Source of the DNA: an uncultured Methanosarcinales archaeon
GTDB lineage: Archaea; Nanobdellota; Nanobdellia; Woesearchaeales; 21-14-0-10-32-9
Length of the DNA: 64,000 nucleotides
Reading direction: 5' to 3'
Assembly (NCBI GenBank): GCA_964548665.1
Contig: CAZJQL010000001.1
Coordinates: 5,462 to 69,461, forward strand
Positions 58,104 to 64,000 of the stretch are shown in pieces. Under the pieces are notes generated by a model. The model worked only from the letters and a program-made list of their open reading frames with translations, was not told where the DNA came from and made no database searches. Made by a program: the position numbers and the translations under genes. Every line of letters begins with the position of its first letter. The stretch's first letter is position 1.

Positions 58104-58385
58104 TCAATTTAAGTTTTGATTGTGTTTCTTTATTATTTCAGTAACGATGAAATTTTTTGTTTTTGATATAGGTCTTGTTTCTTCTATTTTAACTATATCT
58201 CCTTTTTCAGCATTTATTGATTCCGGATTGTGTGCTTTAACTTTTGTTCTTCTTTTTTCATATCTTTCATACTTAGGAATGTATTTAGTTCTGTCCCATT
58301 GCACTGTAACAGTCTTACTCATTTTGTCACTTATGACTTCTCCTATGAATTTTCTTCCTCTCGTTGAAATTTTTGTTTCAGTCAT
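58104..58385 (-). CDS. rps17: 30S ribosomal protein S17
   Basis: KYERYEKR, ETRPISKTK. Confidence 0.95.
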   Translation of the reverse strand: MTETKISTRGRKFIGEVISDKMSKTVTVQWDRTKYIPKYERYEKRRTKVKAHNPESINAEKGDIVKIEETRPISKTKNFIVTEIIKKHNQNLN

Positions 58386-58386
58386 T

Positions 58387-58632
58387 TTATTTCTCCTTGA
58401 TTTTGATTCTTTCTTCCGGCCTTTTTGTTATTTTATTTCCATCAATTTTTTGATTGTTTAATTCGAATTGCTTGTCTTTTTTGAATATCATCATTTCTTT
58501 GTTTTTTGTTTGAATTGTGAATGTGTTTTTTGTTTCATCAATAATTAAACCTGTTATTTGTTCTTGTTGTTTATTTTTTGAGCTTATTATTTTGACTTGT
58601 TTTCCGATGAATTCTTGTTGATGTTTGTTCAT
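58387..58632 (-). CDS. rnp1: RNase P protein component 1 (Rpp29)
   Basis: EFIG, G.IIDETKN, RPEERIK; conserved operon position. Confidence 0.88.
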   Translation of the reverse strand: MNKHQQEFIGKQVKIISSKNKQQEQITGLIIDETKNTFTIQTKNKEMMIFKKDKQFELNNQKIDGNKITKRPEERIKIKEK

Positions 58633-58633
58633 T

Positions 58634-58939
58634 TTATGATTCTATGGAATCAGGACTGAATCCTTGTTTTACAAGTTCTTTTCTCATTTCTTTTGTGTGA
58701 TCCCCTTGAAGTTCAATCATTCCATCCTTTGATGTTCCGCCACACGCAAATCTGCTCTTCAGCTTCTTGGTGAGCTCCTTGATATCCACTTCATGTTTAT
58801 TAATGCCTTCAACAACCGTGTATTTTTTTCCGAATTTCTTCTTGACAAGTTTAACGATTATTTTTTGTCCTTCTTTTGCAATGTTTTCCCAGACGCCCAA
58901 TTCTTTTGGAAGACCGGTGATAGGATCTATTTCTGGCAT
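58634..58939 (-). CDS. Translation initiation factor SUI1 (aIF-1)
   Basis: LKSRFACGGT, IELQGDH. Confidence 0.93.
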   Translation of the reverse strand: MPEIDPITGLPKELGVWENIAKEGQKIIVKLVKKKFGKKYTVVEGINKHEVDIKELTKKLKSRFACGGTSKDGMIELQGDHTKEMRKELVKQGFSPDSIES

Positions 58940-58943
58940 TTAG

Positions 58944-59144
58944 CTATTTTTCCTCCACATTTTTTTGATTTTTTATTGTTAATATTTGAGCAATAGTTCT
59001 TTTTATTTGTTTAATCTGTCCTGGACTTTTTGGAGCTGTACCTGTGCTTGCCTGTCCTTTTAATTTTATTAATTCTGAATTTAACTCTGAAAGTTTTTTC
59101 TCTATTTCTTCAGATTTTAATTTTCTCAAATCTTTTATTTTCAT
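58944..59144 (-). CDS. rpl29: 50S ribosomal protein L29
   Basis: PGQIKQIKRTIAQILT. Confidence 0.93.
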   Translation of the reverse strand: MKIKDLRKLKSEEIEKKLSELNSELIKLKGQASTGTAPKSPGQIKQIKRTIAQILTIKNQKNVEEK

Positions 59145-59923
59145 TCTTCATCCTTCTTTTCTTGTTTTGTGACTTTCTTCACAGCTTTTTTGGTTGCTGA
59201 TTTTTTTGCAACTTTCTTTTTAGGCGATTTTTCTTTTGACTCTTCTTGTGCAGATTCTTCAACACTCATAGAGTCTAAATTTTTTTGTTCCTGCTGAGCA
59301 CCAACATTTGGTGGTATTGATTGTGTTTGATCTAAAATTTTTACTTTATCTGGCAAAACTGTTGTCCCCGGCATAATTTTTACCTGAACACCGATTATAC
59401 CTGTTTTAGTTTTAGCAACCTGTTTTGCTTCATCTACCCCAGTTATGCTTACATCTCCACATTTTTTTAAGTAACCTTGATAAAATCTCCAAGTTTTTGC
59501 TCTCGAACTAGGTATTTTTCCTGAAATTAAAACTTCTATTCCTAAAGCTCCTGAATCCATTACTGTTCCTAACGCCTTGTGTCCCACTCCCTTGAATCTC
59601 GCGGTGCCGAACTTCTCGAGCGAGTTAGCAATCATTTCAGCAGTTACTGCAGCATTACCTCTCGGATCTTGTAATTCTTCTATTTCTATTTGAGGATTCT
59701 CAAGATTGAATTTTTCCTTTAATACCCTGGTTAATCTTGCAATATTGCTTCCGCCTTTTCCAACAACCAAACCAGGTCTTGATGCCACAACAATTATTTT
59801 TTCTCCCAGAGGAGTTCTTTGCAATTTTACATCACTCAGTCCTACTCTACTTAATTCTTTGAACAAGTAATCTTTAACTAGGAATTCTTTGATGTTTTGC
59901 GATACAAATTTTCTCTCAATCAT
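59141..59923 (-). CDS. rps3: 30S ribosomal protein S3
   Basis: RPGLVVGKGG KH domain, GIIGVQVKIM. Confidence 0.95.
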   Translation of the reverse strand: MIERKFVSQNIKEFLVKDYLFKELSRVGLSDVKLQRTPLGEKIIVVASRPGLVVGKGGSNIARLTRVLKEKFNLENPQIEIEELQDPRGNAAVTAEMIANSLEKFGTARFKGVGHKALGTVMDSGALGIEVLISGKIPSSRAKTWRFYQGYLKKCGDVSITGVDEAKQVAKTKTGIIGVQVKIMPGTTVLPDKVKILDQTQSIPPNVGAQQEQKNLDSMSVEESAQEESKEKSPKKKVAKKSATKKAVKKVTKQEKKDEE

Positions 59924-60453
59924 TTTTTATCCTCTGGATTAGTTTCTTTTTTTGTTTGAACAGTTTTAGATCCTTTGTTCTCTGTACTCTTTATTGGCTT
60001 TGGTTTTACTTCTTTTTTCTCTAATTCTTCAACAGCTATTTCCAAGTGAGTTCTTTTGAATTTTCTTCTCCTTTGTCTGCCTTGATGAAATGTATTTGAT
60101 GATTTGTTAACTACTAAATGAACTATTTTTAGCTCTTCTGACAAACCTTTTGCCTGAGCGTTAGCTTCAACTTGTTTGATTATTTTTATGAAAGCCTCTG
60201 ATGCTTTTTGGGGAAATCTTCCTTGTCCTATTGCAGTTCCTTTTCTGTGTCCAACACCATCTGTGAATCTTTTGAAAGGTATTGCTTGTTTTTTCTCTAG
60301 GACTCTTTCAAGTATTTGCTTGGCTTTTTTAGTGGTTTTTCCTCTGATGAAATTAGCGATTTCTAAAGATGTTTTGGTTGATACTTCTACATCTTTTGAT
60401 ATAGCTCTAGCCATATTTTCCTTGAATTGCTGTAATGCATATTTGGTTTTCAT
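59920..60453 (-). CDS. rpl22: 50S ribosomal protein L22
   Basis: IPFKRF, GRFPQKA. Confidence 0.95.
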   Translation of the reverse strand: MKTKYALQQFKENMARAISKDVEVSTKTSLEIANFIRGKTTKKAKQILERVLEKKQAIPFKRFTDGVGHRKGTAIGQGRFPQKASEAFIKIIKQVEANAQAKGLSEELKIVHLVVNKSSNTFHQGRQRRRKFKRTHLEIAVEELEKKEVKPKPIKSTENKGSKTVQTKKETNPEDKK

Positions 60454-60478
60454 CTGCTTTCACTTCAAATTATTCTAA

Positions 60479-60859
60479 TTATTTAACTGAAACATTGGAG
60501 GATGATTTTGTCGATCCTACTCCTGGCGAACTGTGTTGTACTTTTCTTCTTGATAAAGCAAGCTCTCCGAGGTAGCAACCGATTGATTCCTCTTGTATAA
60601 TTACTGATTGAAATTCTTTTCCAGTATGTATTTTTATGGTTTTTCCGACCATTGAAGGAAGAACTATCATGTCTCTCAAATGCGTTTTGACATTATCTCC
60701 TACCTTCATATCTTCGATAAATTTTTTCTCAACATCTGAAAGTCCTCTTTTGAGCTTTCTTCTCTGCCTTGATGGAAGTAACTCTGAAAGATCTTTTATT
60801 GAAAGAGCTTTTAGTTCTTCCAATGTTTTTCCCCTGTATGTGAATATTTTTTTTGCCAT
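60479..60859 (-). CDS. rps19: 30S ribosomal protein S19
   Basis: FTYRG, KTHLRDMIVLP, PGVGST. Confidence 0.95.
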   Translation of the reverse strand: MAKKIFTYRGKTLEELKALSIKDLSELLPSRQRRKLKRGLSDVEKKFIEDMKVGDNVKTHLRDMIVLPSMVGKTIKIHTGKEFQSVIIQEESIGCYLGELALSRRKVQHSSPGVGSTKSSSNVSVK

Positions 60860-60874
60860 GTTAACTTACCTTGA

Positions 60875-61573
60875 TTATTTGTTTCTTCTTCCCGATCTTC
60901 TTGGTCTTATCATTCCTACTTTTCTACCTGGTGGCGCATTTTTAGGAGCAGGTCTTGCTTTTGATTTTCTTAAAGATCTCTTGTTACCAAATGGATGCGC
61001 TACTGCGTTCATTGCAGATCCAGATACAATCGGATAGTATTTGTTTTTTGATTTTGATATGTGGTGTTTCTTTCCTGCTTTAAGTAATGGTTTTTCTGGT
61101 CTTCCTCCACCAGCAACAATTCCAATCATAGCTCTGCATTCAGGATGAAATAATCTTTGTTTTTTTGATGGTAAAAGAACAGTTATTGCCTTGTCTGTTT
61201 TTGATATTAATTTAGCAGAAGTTCCTGATCCTCTTACAAATTTTCCTCCATCACCTGGAATTGCCTCTATGCTAAATATATCAGTTCCTTCAGGGATGTC
61301 TTTCAAAGGAAGAATTGTTCCTGTTTGAACTGCTTGATTTAAAACTACTGTATCTCCTATTGCAACACCTTCAGGAGCGATGAGTAAACTTGTTGTTTTG
61401 TCATCGTATTCTGCTTCGATTAGAGGAGCTGTGTGACCGGCACATCTAACAAGATTCTTAACAACGTATTGATTCTTACTGAGCATTTTGACTTCGCCTT
61501 TGTATCTGAAATCTGGAGCTCTGAATCTACCTGATCCTTTTCCTCTTCTTTGTTGAATAAGATTTTTTCCCAT
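60875..61573 (-). CDS. rpl2: 50S ribosomal protein L2
   Basis: QRRGKG, AMNAVAHPFG, APPGRKVG. Confidence 0.96.
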   Translation of the reverse strand: MGKNLIQQRRGKGSGRFRAPDFRYKGEVKMLSKNQYVVKNLVRCAGHTAPLIEAEYDDKTTSLLIAPEGVAIGDTVVLNQAVQTGTILPLKDIPEGTDIFSIEAIPGDGGKFVRGSGTSAKLISKTDKAITVLLPSKKQRLFHPECRAMIGIVAGGGRPEKPLLKAGKKHHISKSKNKYYPIVSGSAMNAVAHPFGNKRSLRKSKARPAPKNAPPGRKVGMIRPRRSGRRNK

Positions 61574-61600
61574 TTATTACACCTTATGAACTTTACATAT

Positions 61601-61855
61601 CTACATTAAACCTAATTTTGTTGCTACATCGATAGCAGGAGTTTCTTGTGAAAATTTTATGTATGCTTTTTTTCTTCCTTTTGTATCCATCAATGTTTTC
61701 ACGTTAGAGACTTTTGCTTGGAATTCTTTTTCGATTGCTTGTTTTATTTGAATTTTATCTGCTCTTGGGTCAACAACAAAAACTAATTTGTTCTCAGATT
61801 CCATTAATCTTATGCTTTTTTCTGTGGCTAATGGATATAATATTACTTTGTTCAT
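61601..61855 (-). CDS. rpl23: 50S ribosomal protein L23
   Basis: PLATEKS, ENKLVFVV, KKAYIK. Confidence 0.95.
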   Translation of the reverse strand: MNKVILYPLATEKSIRLMESENKLVFVVDPRADKIQIKQAIEKEFQAKVSNVKTLMDTKGRKKAYIKFSQETPAIDVATKLGLM

Positions 61856-62799
61856 TGTTCATCCCCTTTCGCCTTAGATTTTTTTGAAGTCGCATTTTTA
61901 GTCGTTGTTTTTTTGACTGCGGTTTTGGTTTGTTTAACTTTTTTTTCTTGAGAATCTGCTTTTATTTTTTTTACAGATTCTCCCTTAAAATCTTTAGTGA
62001 ATAGTTTGTTTTCTGAAATTTTCTTTATTGCAGATTCAGTATATAATGTCAATCTTCCTGGTTGAGCTCCAGGTGCAAGTAATTCAACATTTAAAGCTTC
62101 AGGAGTCACCACATCAAATCCTGTAAAATTATTTGCTGATTTTTGCAAATTACAAGATTCTGAAACAACAAAAAGAATTCCTGTTTTTGTTTTGTATTTT
62201 CTTCCTCTTGTTTTTCCTTTACCAGCTCTTATTTTTCTTTCTTCAGTTCTTTTTATTTCTTCTGAAAATCCTGTTTTTTGAAGAATTTTTCTTAATTCTG
62301 ATGTTTTTGATATTTTTTGAAAGTCATCTGATAAAATGAAAGGGTATGCTTCTGGAATTCTATGCCCTCTTTCCGCCACAAGTTTCTTTGACATAGTGGA
62401 GGATAAAGCTGATCTTATTGATTTTCTATTTTCCGTTTCATTTATTTTTTGTTCCCAAACCTTAGATGCTTTTGGTGGATGTGCTCTTCTTCCACCCACT
62501 GTTTGTGGTGCAAATGCCCCTACAAAATAAAATCTCGTTCCGCTCCTATTAAGTATTTTTCTAGGAGTTCTTGATTGACCTATTCCGTATGTTCCTTTAT
62601 AATCTCTTCTTCTCTTTGAAACAAAAGCAGAATATCTTTTACCTGCTTCAGGATGTGAACCGTATTGTTGTCTTTTATTTGCTTGTATTGCAAGCACTGC
62701 TCTTTTAATCAAGTCACTTCTCACAGGTTCATGGAATTGTTCTGGCAAATCTATTGTGCCTTTTTCTGCTCCATCCTTGTTCATTATTTTGAGTTTCAT
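61852..62799 (-). CDS. rpl4: 50S ribosomal protein L4
   Basis: GGRRAHPPK, LAPGAQPGRLT. Confidence 0.95.
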   Translation of the reverse strand: MKLKIMNKDGAEKGTIDLPEQFHEPVRSDLIKRAVLAIQANKRQQYGSHPEAGKRYSAFVSKRRRDYKGTYGIGQSRTPRKILNRSGTRFYFVGAFAPQTVGGRRAHPPKASKVWEQKINETENRKSIRSALSSTMSKKLVAERGHRIPEAYPFILSDDFQKISKTSELRKILQKTGFSEEIKRTEERKIRAGKGKTRGRKYKTKTGILFVVSESCNLQKSANNFTGFDVVTPEALNVELLAPGAQPGRLTLYTESAIKKISENKLFTKDFKGESVKKIKADSQEKKVKQTKTAVKKTTTKNATSKKSKAKGDEQ

Positions 62800-62802
62800 T
62801 GT

Positions 62803-63801
62803 TTATCTTCCTTGTTGTGATTCTGTATTGATGTATTTTATTGATTCAGATGTTTGTGATGTCTTCTTCTTGAGTCTTATTGGTTCTGAAAGAAGAACTA
62901 ATCTTTTTTTAGGACCCTGTATTGATCCTTTTATTAGAACATATGATGATTTTACCAAGCCATAGTTTACAAGTCCTCCTTTAGGATTTACTTCCTCTGG
63001 CTTGTCGCTTATTTTTATGATGTTGTTATTATATTGTGTTCTTTGATGGTAACCCATTTGACCTGCATGAGCAACTCTGTACATAACGTGTCCTTGTCCT
63101 GACCAACCACCTAATGAGCCTACAGATCTTACTCCTTTTTCAGATTTATGATTTTTTAAGCCTATTCCAAATCTTTTTACAGGTCCTTGGAATCCTTTTC
63201 CTTTGGTTACTCCATGAGAATCAACAAATTGTCCTTCTTTGAAAACTTGAGAAATTGTTATTAGTTTATCAACATGATTTTTTACAAATTCCAGCTTTTC
63301 TTGTATATTTCCTCCAAGTTCTACTTCGAATAAATCAGGAGTTTTTTTAAGGTCTATTGTTTTCGGAGTTGTATAAACTTGAATAGTTAAATCAGAATAT
63401 TTTGATAAATCAAGTTTTGATAGTTCTTCTGTGTTTTTTATTTTTGAAGAATCTTTTGGAGTGTTAGTTTTTCTGGATAAATCTTTATCAACTTTAAAAT
63501 TTATTTGGTGCTTGACTATAGTTCCTGTTCCTTCTTTAGAATATAATCTTATGCTAGCTATTTTTACAGGAGGACATTCTAGAATTGTTACTGCTTCAAA
63601 CGCATCTATTCCTGAAGTTCTTTTATTTTTATCTGTTCCTGTTATTAATATGTGCGTCATTCCTGCTTTGTATGTTGGAAATGATAATAATTTTGCTTCT
63701 TTTAATTTAGGAACAGATCTTATTCTAGCAACAGTGTTTTTGGCTCTTTTTCTAGGCCAGACACCCATGCTTCCGAATCTTGGTCTTTTTGGTTTTGGCA
63801 T
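62803..63801 (-). CDS. rpl3: 50S ribosomal protein L3
   Basis: YKAGMTH, TKGKGFQGPVKRFG, AGQMGYHQRT. Confidence 0.97.
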   Translation of the reverse strand: MPKPKRPRFGSMGVWPRKRAKNTVARIRSVPKLKEAKLLSFPTYKAGMTHILITGTDKNKRTSGIDAFEAVTILECPPVKIASIRLYSKEGTGTIVKHQINFKVDKDLSRKTNTPKDSSKIKNTEELSKLDLSKYSDLTIQVYTTPKTIDLKKTPDLFEVELGGNIQEKLEFVKNHVDKLITISQVFKEGQFVDSHGVTKGKGFQGPVKRFGIGLKNHKSEKGVRSVGSLGGWSGQGHVMYRVAHAGQMGYHQRTQYNNNIIKISDKPEEVNPKGGLVNYGLVKSSYVLIKGSIQGPKKRLVLLSEPIRLKKKTSQTSESIKYINTESQQGR

Positions 63802-64000
63802 TATTTATACCTTTGTATAACTCTTTTGATTGGTTCACGTAGGGCTACGTAAACTTTTTTTATAAACGCCTATTGTTGAAACCTTTTTTCAGAAAACATC
63901 ATCTGTTTGTCAAAAAAGGCCTCTTTTCAGGCGCAGTTTTTGCGTTGAAATCGTCTAAAACTTCAACTATTACTTTGAGAGGAATACATTTCGATTTAAA

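Noticed and set aside
63831..63854. Short similarity (GTTCACGT, GCTACGT) to the 118-bp repeat
   Set aside because: Only 7-8 nt matches in inconsistent orientation; compatible with chance

Overview
Low-GC archaeal chromosome segment. It carries archaeal ribosomal proteins (L14e, L34e, L19e, L32e, S4e), PCNA, Rpp29 and a BHB-type intron tRNA. The small AT-rich gene set suggests a DPANN lineage such as Woesearchaeota (inference). Left ~27 kb is an accessory island with four parts: (i) arsenic-resistance genes; (ii) a ~10.1 kb proteostasis block (bacterial-type GroEL/GroES, K+ channel, Hsp20, wHTH regulator, MoxR-DUF58-vWA, MFS) bounded by a 118-bp direct repeat with a palindromic core; (iii) a Type I R-M locus interleaved with five cargo genes (Mrr-like nuclease-TPR, MNT-HEPN, two unknowns) and preceded by a small RHH gene; (iv) an uncharacterised four-gene module (multi-wHTH/nuclease-fold protein, Hjc-like resolvase, minimal ATP-dependent ligase, Zn-ribbon protein) next to the 3' end of PCNA. 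Right ~37 kb is mostly core genome: PCNA, a PolB-derived protein with exonuclease but no polymerase motifs, RNase J, tRNA-Leu(CAA) with a 90-nt intron, ScpB, TtuA/ThiS, TrmB, a pilin-CLec fusion, and the rpl3-secY ribosomal superoperon. All family calls come from motif recognition by eye; no database searches were run.
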